In this document: positions 1-9,581 of the stretch, piece by piece
Layout: each line of letters opens with the position of its first letter
Position numbering within the stretch: position 1 is the stretch's first letter
Origin: an uncultured Verrucomicrobiae bacterium
GTDB taxonomy: Bacteria > Verrucomicrobiota > Verrucomicrobiia > Chthoniobacterales > UBA10450
Assembly: GCA_963772365.1 (NCBI GenBank)
Contig: CAVYXA010000003.1
Location: 160,001-224,000 of the forward strand
Length of the DNA stretch: 64,000 nt
Reading direction: 5' to 3'
Position numbers and translations under genes: made by a program
The notes under the pieces: generated by a model
What the model was told of the DNA's origin: nothing
Databases searched by the model: none
What the model saw: only the letters and a program-made list of their open reading frames with translations

Positions 1-154
1 CTACGATAACATTATCACCACTCCCATGGGTGTGCCGGAGGGAGGCGCAACCGCCATTCTTCTCGGACTCAGCTTTGCTGGTTTCGCTCTGTTCCAGCGA
101 TTTCTGCGTAGCCGCGGGCTGGCGTGCTAAATCTCCCTTAGTTGTTAGAAACAG

Positions 155-181
155 TCGGGGCCGCCTGCCTGCCGGCCCCGA
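155..181 (-). terminator. GC-rich hairpin downstream of the glycine-zipper lipoprotein gene
   Basis: tcggggccg...cggccccga inverted repeat; only a weak U-rich tail (ctgtttct) on the minus strand. Confidence 0.35.
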
Positions 182-268
182 GGCAACAGCGAGAAATTAC
201 AGGCCAAATCTGGCAGCCTAAGTCATCGCAGTTTTCGGAAGCTTCCTCGTTAGGATTCGGACATTCCT

Positions 269-658
269 TTACGGTCTGCGGAATAATTGCCCGGTATCGA
301 CATCGCGGGTTAATCCGCCGTGCGGAACGCCGCGAAGATCGTAAACTCTGCCAGTGTATGGGCTGTAATAGAAGCCTCGCCTTCCGGCATATCGCCCTAA
401 GGGAAAACCGCCCGGAGGCGGAGGACCATATCGAGCAGCCTGATCGGCTTCGATCGCCGATCCGATTAATGCGCCAGTGGCTGCACCGATCGCTGCGCCT
501 ACTGCTGCCCCTCGCACTCTTCCGGTCGCCGCTCCGCCAATGATTGCGCCCGCTGCTGCTCCATAACCTGCTCCCTGTCCAGTGGGCGTGTCACACGAGT
601 TCAAACTCAACGCCAGGAGCGCGGCTGACGATACGATTCCGAAATACAATTTTCTCAT
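269..658 (-). CDS. Glycine-zipper lipoprotein
   Basis: Signal peptide with lipobox-like LNSC, then GAAAGAIIGG/GAAIGAATGALIG glycine zipper; start placed at MRKLYF. Confidence 0.7.
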   Translation of the reverse strand: MRKLYFGIVSSAALLALSLNSCDTPTGQGAGYGAAAGAIIGGAATGRVRGAAVGAAIGAATGALIGSAIEADQAARYGPPPPGGFPLGRYAGRRGFYYSPYTGRVYDLRGVPHGGLTRDVDTGQLFRRP

Positions 659-718
659 AGCTCGATCCTTGTTAAAGCTTCGCAACGTAAACGTGAGACG
701 GATGCCTGTCCCGCAAAT

Positions 719-1540
719 TCAGATTGATTTCAGTAGCTGCCCCGCAATGCGAAAAACTTTCTCTACTTTGCTCAAGCGATATTCCTTTTCGAAAACGCGG
801 AATCGATCGTGTTCCATTTTGCGCAACAGGCCGCGATAAACCGAGCTCATGATCTCGGCTGCGACCATCGATTTACGATCTTCCAGAGGAAGCAAATCCT
901 TTGCGCGCGAAAAAAATTGCCGGGTCCGCTCCGCCTCGAAACCCATCAGCTTCACGAACTGCGCGTTGTATTGTCGATCTTGTAATTGCGATTCGGAATA
1001 ATCGAATCGCCGCAAATCTTCCAGCGGCAGGTAAATCCGGCCATTTCGCAAATCCTTGTCCACATCGCGGATGATGTTGGTCATTTGCAGGGCCAGACCG
1101 AGCTGGACCGCGTATTGTTTACAGGCCGGATTTCGATAACCGAAAATTTCGATGGAAACGAGCCCGACTGCGCTGGCCACGCGATAGCAATAGACGCGCA
1201 GCTCCTCGAACGTCGCGTATCGCGAAGTGTGCAAATCCATTTCCACTCCTGCGATGATTTCCTCGAGCATTTCCGGGCGAAGCGAATACTTGTGGATCAG
1301 TCCTCGGACATCGGCGGCCAAGGAAGTCTCGTTGGGCATCGCGTTTCTCAACATCTGCCGCCAGGCCGTGAGTCGAGTTTGTTTCTCACCGAGATCCAGC
1401 TCGGGCGAATCCGCGATATCGTCGATTACCCGGCAGAACGCGTAGAAGACGGTGATGTCGCGTTTGCGCTCGCCATCCAACGAAACAAATGCCAGCGCCA
1501 GGTTCGATTTACTTTGTCGAGTAATTTTCGCCGCGTTCAC
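719..1540 (-). CDS. hpnD: Squalene/phytoene synthase family protein (presqualene diphosphate synthase HpnD-like)
   Basis: YAFCRVIDDIAD, YCYRVASAVG, LQMTNIIRDV and GRIYLP motifs; start moved to GTG 1540 because the longer ORF runs through a REP element. Confidence 0.75.
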   Translation of the reverse strand: MNAAKITRQSKSNLALAFVSLDGERKRDITVFYAFCRVIDDIADSPELDLGEKQTRLTAWRQMLRNAMPNETSLAADVRGLIHKYSLRPEMLEEIIAGVEMDLHTSRYATFEELRVYCYRVASAVGLVSIEIFGYRNPACKQYAVQLGLALQMTNIIRDVDKDLRNGRIYLPLEDLRRFDYSESQLQDRQYNAQFVKLMGFEAERTRQFFSRAKDLLPLEDRKSMVAAEIMSSVYRGLLRKMEHDRFRVFEKEYRLSKVEKVFRIAGQLLKSI

Positions 1541-1550
1541 GTTCGTCGTT

Positions 1551-1620
1551 TGTAGCGGCGCTCTGCGAGCGTCGCAAACTTGTTCTGGAAAGCTGGCGAC
1601 GGTCACAGACCGCCGCTACA
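1551..1620. repeat. GTAG-family REP doublet (REPIN-like)
   Basis: tgtagcggcg...cgccgctaca terminal inverted repeats; homologous copy at 7137-7204. Confidence 0.8.
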
Positions 1621-1628
1621 AGAAAAGA

Positions 1629-2807
1629 TCAATATTGAATCCAGCTCTCCTGATGAATCCGCCCGCTTTCACATTGGCGGAAAAGACAGACCCATGATGC
1701 CAGAAGCCAGGCTGTGATAAATCCACGGAGGCCAATGAGCAGGCATTTCCACAAGAAAAGCGCCATCAGCCGGTCGGCAATGGCTCCGCGCGTGATCGAG
1801 TCGAAGACCGCGATGAAGAAAAAATGGACTGCGCAGATTATGAGAAACCAAAACAAGCGGCTGAAATTCTGTTTGGCAAATTGCCAATGTGCCCGGATCG
1901 CCGCCCCGAGACTTTCGTTATGCAGAGCCAACGAGATCTGGACAGAGCAAAACAGAATAATCAATCCGCTCATGAACCAGCGCTCAGCCGGCAGATAATC
2001 CAGCACATTCGGCACGTTCATGAAGTAGGCCAGCAATAGCGGCAATCGGATCAACAGCGTGCTGATCACTATGATGATCCCCGCCCATTCCAGAACATAA
2101 CTAAATCGCCGCATGGCAAACCGGAGCAACGCGCCTTCTTCGAAGCCGAGCCCTTTCACCCAAGCCAGGCAAACCGTGATCAAATAGACCTGAACGTAAA
2201 CCCCAAAGAGATATTCGAAGATGAACGCGATAGCATCGACAGTGGCGGAGATTTGGAGCAGTTGAGGAGCTACTCCCGACAATCCCCAGGCTGGCAATCG
2301 CCAGAACACGATCGGTTTCAAAAGCGAGGCCAGCGCGCCGATCAGGAGGATCAAGTAGATCAAATAGCTCCAGAACCGATAGCGCTTGCGTAGCGCCTCA
2401 AATAACATCCCGTGCAGGCCGCGCCAGTTCGCAAACAGGAGCAGGGCGGCAATGATCGAAAGCGGGTAGGTAGTCGTCGCGTTATCGAAGAGACCGGCCA
2501 CGCCTTCCGCAGTCGCCAGAGGCGTTTCTCTCCAGATTTCTGTGAATCGCGGCCAGTGCCACGTGGGCGCTGATATGATTTGGGCCAGATCGAGATCGGC
2601 CGTGTTTTGAATCGGTGTAAACGTGGCGAATTGAAAAACGAAATAGGCGAACCCGAGCACCACAAAAATCAACCAGATCCGTTTGAACCGGCCGACACAG
2701 CGGAAACCGTTGCGGAGCGCGAGCCGCACCGGATTGAACAGCATCAGGAGGAGATAGCCGGCAATCAATCCCAGCAGCGGAAGAAGGCGGGGAGCGCTGT
2801 GCCACAT
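1629..2807 (-). CDS. Multi-pass membrane protein of unknown function
   Basis: 392-aa ORF with many hydrophobic segments. Confidence 0.7.
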   Translation of the reverse strand: MWHSAPRLLPLLGLIAGYLLLMLFNPVRLALRNGFRCVGRFKRIWLIFVVLGFAYFVFQFATFTPIQNTADLDLAQIISAPTWHWPRFTEIWRETPLATAEGVAGLFDNATTTYPLSIIAALLLFANWRGLHGMLFEALRKRYRFWSYLIYLILLIGALASLLKPIVFWRLPAWGLSGVAPQLLQISATVDAIAFIFEYLFGVYVQVYLITVCLAWVKGLGFEEGALLRFAMRRFSYVLEWAGIIIVISTLLIRLPLLLAYFMNVPNVLDYLPAERWFMSGLIILFCSVQISLALHNESLGAAIRAHWQFAKQNFSRLFWFLIICAVHFFFIAVFDSITRGAIADRLMALFLWKCLLIGLRGFITAWLLASWVCLFRQCESGRIHQESWIQY

Positions 2808-2825
2808 TTTTAAGGGACAATCTTG

Positions 2826-2879
2826 GTAGGGCTCGACCGCCGGGCGAGCCGGGCAGGGACGGCCCAGTGGTCCCTCCCT
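2826..2879 (+). repeat. GTAG-type REP, degenerate pair
   Basis: gtagggctcgaccgccgggcgagcc hairpin followed by a second hairpin gggac...gtccc. Confidence 0.5.
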
Positions 2880-2898
2880 TGCATTCGTGAAATTGCTT

Positions 2899-4091
2899 CT
2901 ATCGAATCAGTCCCCAATGTCGATTGAACGGCCAGTAAACTACGAAGCCCTGCCCGACCAAATCATCTTCCGGGACGGTCCCCCAATATCGGCTGTCCAG
3001 ACTGTTGTAGCTGTTGTCGCCCAAAGCGAAATACGCATGCCACGGCACCGTGATATGTACTGTTGGGTGCGCCCAGATATACAGCGCCCAAACCATATCC
3101 GCGATAGCCATCCTTCGCCGCCATCACTCGTTGGAATCCGTACTCTTCCGCCAGATGTCCGTTAACAAAAAATTTAGGCGGATCGATGCGCAGCGTGTCG
3201 CCAGGCAAGCCGGCCAGCCGCTTAATGTAAAACGGCTGTCCCATATCGGGATCGCCGGGGATGCCCGGAATATTGTTGGTTCGGAAACACGAAGACGTCG
3301 TCCGCGATGCGGCTTGATAAAATTATAGGAGAACTTATCCACAAAAACCTGGTCGCCCGTGTCCACCGCGCCGCGGGCGATCACTTCGCCGCGTTTGTAA
3401 CGCATATTCGGCACGACCTTGAAATCTCCCCGCAACTGATCCGGCGGACAGTAAACCAAAAAGCTTTGATGCCGGCAGATCACGCGGGAAAAGGTGAAAA
3501 AGAACAAGAACTTCCTCGGCTCGACCTGCATCACTTCGTCGTCCTGCTGCGATACGACATTGATGTAGTCCGGCCGAGCATGACGTACTCGATCGCCTGC
3601 TTTAGAAAATTGGGTTTGACCTCCTTTTGTGCATATCCCTCGAAGGCTTTGAAGAACCACGCTCCATTTCGAAATTCGTAAAGGTGCTTTCGATCCGGGG
3701 GGATGGCCGCTTCGTAAGGATAGGAATATGGATAGGCGATAATCCCGTTGAGCGTTGGTTGCATCGAGCCGGTCGGGATTTTGAATGGCTGCAAAAAATA
3801 GGAGCGAATTCCGATCGCTACCACAATCGCCACAAAAACGACTTCGACATTTTCGCGCCAATGCGATTCCCACGTCACCGGCGCGAGCTTATGCATTCGC
3901 GCGTCGAGCGTTTCCGCCGCGGCCCGGATCCTTTCGTGATCGCGGGTGCGCAGGGCCTTGCGCAACTTGTCGATCTCGCCCGCCAGTTCTTCCCGGGCGG
4001 AACTGCTCAAAAGATCGCTTTTGTAACGCAAAAATTTTTGCGCGTGTCGGAGAAGCAGTTTGCTGTGTTTGACGTATTGCGGTGTAAACAT
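2899..4091 (-). CDS. lepB: Signal peptidase I, split by several frameshifts
   Basis: FKIPTGSMQPTL (catalytic Ser), YIKRLAGLPGD (catalytic Lys) and GDNSYNSLDSRYWG spread over ORFs 3531-4091, 3124-3873, 2963-3244 and 2899-3111; directly downstream of lepA. Confidence 0.85.
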
Positions 4092-4108
4092 GTCGATCTA
4101 AAATTTCT

Positions 4109-4218
4109 TACTCTTGCTCCTGATCCTGATCGAAAAAAAGCGATCATGAGCATGAGCAGGATCATGAGCATGAGTAGGAGAAAAAAGAGTCATTCCGATG
4201 TAACGATGTAACGCTTCA
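4109..4218. repeat. Inverted hexamer-period element plus octamer repeat
   Basis: ctcttgctcctgatcctgatcg...cgatcatgagcatgagcaggatcatgagcatgag, then gatgtaac x2; a related hexamer element lies at 48439-48513. Confidence 0.65.
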
Positions 4219-4233
4219 ACTAATTACGGACCT

Positions 4234-6030
4234 TCATTGCGCTTTGAGCACTTCAATAAAAGCTTCCTGCGGAATGTTGATTTTCCCAATGCTCTTCATC
4301 CGTTTCTTTCCTTCTTTCTGTTTCTCCAGCAACTTTCGTTTGCGGGTGATATCGCCGCCGTAGCATTTCGCGGTCACATTTTTTCGCAAGGCCGAAACGC
4401 TCTCCCGCGCAATTATTTTCCCCCCGATCGCCGCCTGGATTGCGACTTGGTAAAGCTGCCGCGGAATGACTTCCTTCAATTTCGCCGCCAACTGGCGGCC
4501 GCGCGCTTCGGCCCGATCCTTGTGCACGATAGTTGAAAACGCATCCACCGGTTCGCCATTCACCAGCAAATCGAGTTTGACCAGCTTCGCCGCCCGATAG
4601 CCGGAGTGTTCATAATCCATCGAGCCGTAACCGCGGGTGATCGATTTAATCTTGTCATTGAAATCGACCAAAATTTCGTTCAGCGGCAGCTCGCAATGCA
4701 ACATCACCCGGCGCGTGTCGAGCGACTCGGTATGATCCATCTGGCCGCGCTTTTCCAGAATCAATTGCAGGATGTCGCCGATGTTTTCATTCGGGCATAG
4801 CACATACGCTTTCACGATCGGTTCGCGAATCTCGTCAATCTCGCTCGGATTCGGCAGATGCGCCGGATTGTCGATCATCGACGTCTCGCCGCGCGTAGTG
4901 ACTACTTCGTAAACGACGCTTGGGCTGGTCGCGATGATGTCCATGTTGTACTCGCGTCGCAGCCGTTCCTGGATGATCTCCATGTGAAGCAGCCCGAGAA
5001 AACCGCAGCGAAAACCGAAGCCGAGAGCGACAGAACTTTCCGGCGTGTAAACGAACGCCGCATCATTTAGTCGCAATTTGCCGATCGCAGTTTTGAGATG
5101 TTCGAAATCTGCGGTGTTGATCGGGTAAATCCCGCTGAACACCATCGGATGAATTTCCTGGAAACCAGGCAGCGGCTCGGACGCGGGATGACGCTGGTCG
5201 GTGATGGTGTCGCCGATCTTCATGTCAGCGGTCGATTTGATGTTCGCGATGAAATAACCGACATCGCCCGCGCTCAGGCCGGGTTGGACAAACATCTTCG
5301 GAGTAAACACACCCACTTCCTTGATCTCGTAACGCGTGTCATTGCTCATCAACTTGATGGCATGATTCGCTTCCATCGTTCCCGAAACGACGCGGACATA
5401 TCCGACCACGCCGCGATAAACATCGAACACCGAATCGAATACCAGCGCGCGCAATGTTTTGTCGGCCGGTTTTTCCGGCGGCGGAATCCGATGGATGATC
5501 GCTTCCAGAATTTCTTCGATCCCGGTTCCCATTTTCGCGCTGGCACGAATCGCTTCCTCGGATGGAATGGCGAGGATTTCTTCGAGTTGTCGATGCACCG
5601 CGTCCACATCTGCATTGGGCAGATCGATCTTGTTGATCACCGGAATAATGGTGAGTCCCTGTTTGTGGGCGAGATGAACATTAGCCACGGTCTGCGCTTC
5701 GACACCCTGAGCAGCATCGACAACCAGCAGCGCGCCTTCGCATGCCGCCAGACTCCGCGACACTTCATAGGCAAAATCGACATGGCCGGGCGTATCGAGC
5801 AGGTTCAGCCTATATGTTTCGCCCGAATTTGCGCGGTATTTCATCGTGACCGGGTGCGCTTTGATGGTGATCCCGCGCTCGCGCTCGAGGTCCATCGAAT
5901 CGAGCAATTGATCCTGCTTTTCGCGTTCGTGAATCGTCCCAGTCCGCTCGAGTAATCGATCCGACAACGTAGTCTTGCCATGATCGATATGCGCGATGAT
6001 GCAAAAATTGCGCGTCAACTCAATTGCCAT
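4234..6030 (-). CDS. lepA: Elongation factor 4 (GTPase LepA)
   Basis: RNFCIIAHIDHGKTTL, DTPGHVDF, KCYGGDITRKRKLLEKQKEGKKRMK. Confidence 0.97.
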   Translation of the reverse strand: MAIELTRNFCIIAHIDHGKTTLSDRLLERTGTIHEREKQDQLLDSMDLERERGITIKAHPVTMKYRANSGETYRLNLLDTPGHVDFAYEVSRSLAACEGALLVVDAAQGVEAQTVANVHLAHKQGLTIIPVINKIDLPNADVDAVHRQLEEILAIPSEEAIRASAKMGTGIEEILEAIIHRIPPPEKPADKTLRALVFDSVFDVYRGVVGYVRVVSGTMEANHAIKLMSNDTRYEIKEVGVFTPKMFVQPGLSAGDVGYFIANIKSTADMKIGDTITDQRHPASEPLPGFQEIHPMVFSGIYPINTADFEHLKTAIGKLRLNDAAFVYTPESSVALGFGFRCGFLGLLHMEIIQERLRREYNMDIIATSPSVVYEVVTTRGETSMIDNPAHLPNPSEIDEIREPIVKAYVLCPNENIGDILQLILEKRGQMDHTESLDTRRVMLHCELPLNEILVDFNDKIKSITRGYGSMDYEHSGYRAAKLVKLDLLVNGEPVDAFSTIVHKDRAEARGRQLAAKLKEVIPRQLYQVAIQAAIGGKIIARESVSALRKNVTAKCYGGDITRKRKLLEKQKEGKKRMKSIGKINIPQEAFIEVLKAQ

Positions 6031-6133
6031 AAGAGCCGCACTATGCGGGCGCGAGGCTAGTGGGTCAATTGTGTGACGGAAGCGAATGGCTAATCATTCC
6101 TGGGAAATAAGCCACAGTGGAGCACGCCGAACG

Positions 6134-6342
6134 TCATCCGCCTGAGATGAACCGCTTGATGATCTTGTCGAATTCGTTGTGCGTGTCGATCCAAAACCAA
6201 TACGCTGTATCAGCGCGAACACGCGCGAGGGCGTGCGCGATCTCGCGCGCAAGACCTACACCAGTTGTGGCCGCCAATCACAATCGAGCGCTGCCACGGA
6301 ACGATACGCCTCCCAAAAATCAGGCGTCGTTGATGACTTCAT
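6134..6342 (-). pseudogene. ParE/RelE-like toxin remnant with an apparently inverted central segment
   Basis: Minus strand gives MKSSTTPDFWEAYRS and LARVRADTAYWFWIDTHNEFDK; the expected middle (EGVRDLARKTY...NRAL) reads on the plus strand. Confidence 0.55.
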
Positions 6343-6538
6343 CCAGCGGTTTTATCCGCCCGGCATCGATATCGGCATCGACTTTCTTCAGCCATTCGTC
6401 GAGTTTCCGGACTGCGCGGCTTCTTCTAGCGCGCGATCAAAACGCTCGGCCTCCATTTGATCTACTGCGAGCGACACCTCGCGAAAATCGGCGTCTGAAG
6501 GCACTGATTGCCGCTTTGATTTCCTGCACCGTGCTCAT
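6320..6538 (-). CDS. Putative antitoxin with two frameshifts
   Basis: Reconstructed as MSTVQEIKAAISA..SDADFREV..FDRALEEAAQSG(K)LDEWLKKVDADIDAGRIKPLDEVINDA; its 3' end overlaps the toxin start. Confidence 0.55.
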
Positions 6539-6607
6539 TGAGCTTCCATTATAATCATTCGATGCGGTGTCTGCCAATGGAACGGCCCCGAAACACTCTT
6601 TTATGCT

Positions 6608-6631
6608 GACGGCTGACACAGCCGTCCTACA
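6608..6631 (-). repeat. Single GTAG REP
   Basis: Minus strand tgtaggacggctgtgtcagccgtc: GTAG tetranucleotide followed by a hairpin. Confidence 0.6.
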
Positions 6632-6633
6632 AT

Positions 6634-7134
6634 ATGGAGATTATGCCCAAACTGATCATTGGCGGAACGACGCATGAATTGACGGAACCGTTGATCACGA
6701 TAGGGCGCGCGCCGGACAACACGATCGTGATCGACGATCCGTCGGTCTCGGCGCATCACGCGGAACTGCGATTAGTGGGTGAGGATTATCGGCTGAAGGA
6801 TCTTGGATCGACACACGGCACCCGGATTAATGGTGTTCTCGTCACCGAAACGGTTCTGCGCTTTGACGATCGGGTCCGGTTCGGCGGCGTTGAAGCGCGG
6901 TACGAATCGGACACGCGCGGCTCGCAACCGCTCCCGGCCCCGGAAGAAATCCGGGCCCAACCGGCGGAATCGAGCACGAGCCCGATCGATTTCGCAAACG
7001 CATCACCGTTTCGGAAACACAAGAAAGAGAAAGACCCGATTCGCACCGCCATTCTGGGCGCGGTTCTCGTCGCGTTTCTCGCTTTCCTCGGCAGCATGAT
7101 CGCGGTGCTGCTGATGGCGCCGCCAAGTCCGTGA
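6634..7134 (+). CDS. FHA-domain protein with C-terminal membrane anchor
   Basis: IGRAPDN..VSAHHA..DLGSTHGTRING FHA motifs; hydrophobic C-terminus. Confidence 0.85.
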   Translation: MEIMPKLIIGGTTHELTEPLITIGRAPDNTIVIDDPSVSAHHAELRLVGEDYRLKDLGSTHGTRINGVLVTETVLRFDDRVRFGGVEARYESDTRGSQPLPAPEEIRAQPAESSTSPIDFANASPFRKHKKEKDPIRTAILGAVLVAFLAFLGSMIAVLLMAPPSP

Positions 7135-7136
7135 TC

Positions 7137-7204
7137 TGTAGCGGCGGTCTGTAATCGTGGCCATCTCCGTGGCAAATTTGCGCCGGTCATAGACCGCCGC
7201 TACA
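7137..7204. repeat. GTAG-family REP doublet (REPIN-like)
   Basis: tgtagcggcggtct...agaccgccgctaca; same family as 1551-1620. Confidence 0.8.
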
Positions 7205-7261
7205 AAGTCACCGCCGCAAGAGTTATGTGAAACTCTGCGAAATCTGCGGAATGATAAGAAA

Positions 7262-7951
7262 ATGATGCAACCAAAGCGCCTCTTGCTTTTCGACATTGAC
7301 GGCACGCTCATTCATTCCGGCGGCGCGGGCATCCACGCGCTTCGAGTCGCATTGAAGGAGCGATTCGGAATCGACGACGATTTGCACGACATCGAATTTG
7401 CCGGCATGACCGATTTCGGGATCGTGATCAGCATCTTGAACAAGCACAAAATCCCCGCGACCGCCGAGAACGTGACCGCGTTCCTCGACAGTTACGCTCA
7501 TTTTCTCTCGTTCGAATTGCCCCGCCGCAAAGGGAAACTGCTTCCCGGTGTTTTAGAGTTGCTCGAAAAATTGAAATCGCGAAAGCATGTCGTGCTCGCG
7601 TTGCTGACCGGAAACATTTCCCGTGGCGCCCGATTGAAGCTCGAACATTACGGCGTCTGGCATTTCTTCGAATTCGGCGCGTTCGCCGACGATCACCACG
7701 ATCGCAACCAGCTCGGGCCGTTCGCCCGTATTCGTGCGAAAGAAAAACATGGGCGCGAATTTTCTGCCGAGGAGATCGACGTGATCGGCGACACGCCGCG
7801 GGACATCGCTTGCGGGAAAGCTTTCGGCGCGCGCACCATCGCCGTCGCGACCGGCACGTGGAAGCGGGAACAACTCGCCGAGCACAACCCGGATTTTTTG
7901 ATCGACGATCTTTCCGATGTCGATGGTGTGATTGATACGCTCGGATGGTGA
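7262..7951 (+). CDS. HAD-superfamily hydrolase (phosphoglycolate phosphatase-like)
   Basis: LFDIDGTL, LTGN and IGDTPRD motifs. Confidence 0.88.
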   Translation: MMQPKRLLLFDIDGTLIHSGGAGIHALRVALKERFGIDDDLHDIEFAGMTDFGIVISILNKHKIPATAENVTAFLDSYAHFLSFELPRRKGKLLPGVLELLEKLKSRKHVVLALLTGNISRGARLKLEHYGVWHFFEFGAFADDHHDRNQLGPFARIRAKEKHGREFSAEEIDVIGDTPRDIACGKAFGARTIAVATGTWKREQLAEHNPDFLIDDLSDVDGVIDTLGW

Positions 7952-7969
7952 TTGATTGACGAAGGGGAA

Positions 7970-8317
7970 ATGATGAAAAAAACCAGATCGGATATTTCCA
8001 AGCCGATGCGGGACCGGCAGAATGTGCTGCCGCTGGAGGGTGAAATTGATCTGCACATTTCACCGAGCGTCACCGCCTCGCTTCAATCGATGATCAAAAA
8101 GAGACCGGCGAAAGTGGTCGTCGATCTTTCAAGAGTGACTTACATCGACAGCTCCGGTCTGGCGTCGTTAATCGAGGGAATGCAAAACGTGGAGGAATAT
8201 GGCGGCAAGTTTGCCCTGGCCGGCCTGCAGGAAAACGTCCGCACCGTTTTCGAGATCGCGCGGCTCGACCAAGTCTTCGGCATTTATCCCGATGTCGATT
8301 CGGCGCTGGCCGGGTGA
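7970..8317 (+). CDS. STAS-domain anti-sigma factor antagonist
   Basis: LEGEIDL..VVVDLSRVTYIDSSGLASL. Confidence 0.88.
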   Translation: MMKKTRSDISKPMRDRQNVLPLEGEIDLHISPSVTASLQSMIKKRPAKVVVDLSRVTYIDSSGLASLIEGMQNVEEYGGKFALAGLQENVRTVFEIARLDQVFGIYPDVDSALAG

Positions 8318-8318
8318 T

Positions 8319-8374
<56 letters not shown>

Positions 8375-8432
8375 GTGCTCCCTTGGTTTCCTTCGTTTCC
8401 TTCTGTTTGGTTTTTGCCTGCCGAATCAGGGC

Positions 8433-8585
8433 TGTAGAGTCCGCTGTCTCCAGCGGAAGATTCCCGGGAGTTGCTGTAGAGTCCGCTGTCCACAGCGGAA
8501 AATTCCCTTTGGTGAACAAGCTCTGATGCGCTGAGGACAGCGCACACTACAGGGAAACCTTGCGCTGAGGACAGCGCACGCTACA
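8433..8585. repeat. Quadruple GTAG REP cluster (two forward, two reverse)
   Basis: tgtagagtccgctgtc..cagcgga at 8433 and 8475; gcgctgaggacagcgcac.ctaca at 8528 and 8562. Confidence 0.85.
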
Positions 8586-8617
8586 ACGTTGATCGTTTTC
8601 TTCTGTTTGGTTCTGCA

Positions 8618-9334
8618 ATGCAGCCGTTTCTCACCGCCAATTGGCGCTACCTCGCGATGCTCAATTACACTGTCGATCCTGCGATCGTCGCCCCGCTCGT
8701 CCCGCCCGGCACCGAGCTCGATTTCGAGAACGGCCAGACCTATCTCAGCATCGTCGGCTTTCTCTTTCTCGATACTCGCGTCGTCGGGCTGCCGATTCCG
8801 CTCCATCGCGATTTCGAAGAAGTAAACCTGCGGTTCTACGTGCGAAAAAAATCCGCCGATACCTGGCGACGCGGGGTTGTGTTCGTTCGCGAAATGGTGC
8901 CGCGTCGCGCGATTGCTCTGATCGCCCGCGCCTTTTACGGCGAACCGTATCGGGCTTTGCCGATGAAACACCAGATCGACCATGTCGATCTTCGACTCAG
9001 CGTGGAATATTCCTGGCGACCGGGGCGCAAATGGGAATCCCTCAAGATGACTGCGACCAGTGAGCTGCAATCGATCCCGGCCGGATCGCACGCCGAATTC
9101 ATCACCGAACACTATTGGGGTTACACCTGTGTAAAGGGCGGCGACGGTTGCAGCGAATACCGGGTTGAACATCCGCGCTGGAAAATCTGGAACGCCGAAA
9201 CCTTCGAGCTCAACGCCGATGTCGCATCGCTTTACGGCGAATCATTCGCCGAAACGCTGACAAAGCCACCGCGTTCCGCTTTTATTGCAGACGGTTCACC
9301 GATCACGATTCAGCGCCGCTCAATCGTTCTTTGA
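8618..9334 (+). CDS. DUF2071 (YqjF-like) protein
   Basis: FLTANWRYLAMLNY, FEEVNLRFYV, FITEHYWGY and YRVEHPRW motifs. Confidence 0.8.
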   Translation: MQPFLTANWRYLAMLNYTVDPAIVAPLVPPGTELDFENGQTYLSIVGFLFLDTRVVGLPIPLHRDFEEVNLRFYVRKKSADTWRRGVVFVREMVPRRAIALIARAFYGEPYRALPMKHQIDHVDLRLSVEYSWRPGRKWESLKMTATSELQSIPAGSHAEFITEHYWGYTCVKGGDGCSEYRVEHPRWKIWNAETFELNADVASLYGESFAETLTKPPRSAFIADGSPITIQRRSIVL

Positions 9335-9359
9335 GCATGTTTTCGCGCGGAGAGCTTTC

Positions 9360-9536
9360 GGAGTGCGGCGATTCCTTCGCCGCTTTGGATAAGCTTCTTT
9401 TTCACCCCAGAGAGCACGGAGCACGCAGAGATGAGAGACACAAGGAAACCAAGGAAAACGAAGATTTGGTTTCTTAGTAGAGCCTCCCTCATCCTTTCGT
9501 TCGCCCACTCTCACTGAACCCGCCTCCCGAATCCCG
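9360..9536. repeat. Mosaic of intergenic repeat families
   Basis: ggagtgcggcga..tcgccgcttt hairpin (9360-9386); roughly 9-nt period cagagagcacggagcacgcagag and aaggaaaccaaggaaaacgaag; reverse heptamers cccgcctcccgaatcccg. Confidence 0.6.
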
Positions 9537-9581
9537 GTTTTCATGTTTCCCGCGGGGCCCCAAATTCGCTAGGATCCGACC

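Noticed and set aside
1..260. Structured RNA (tmRNA, RNase P, riboswitch)
   Set aside because: Only one hairpin is present, and I could not recognise any conserved family motif.
5098..5955. Long antisense ORFs (here and opposite PBP1A, the BNR genes and others)
   Set aside because: They are shadow frames of well-supported genes in GC-rich DNA and have no recognisable motifs.
8433..8585. CRISPR array
   Set aside because: Only two forward and two reverse units with short irregular spacers and no cas genes; it fits REP elements.
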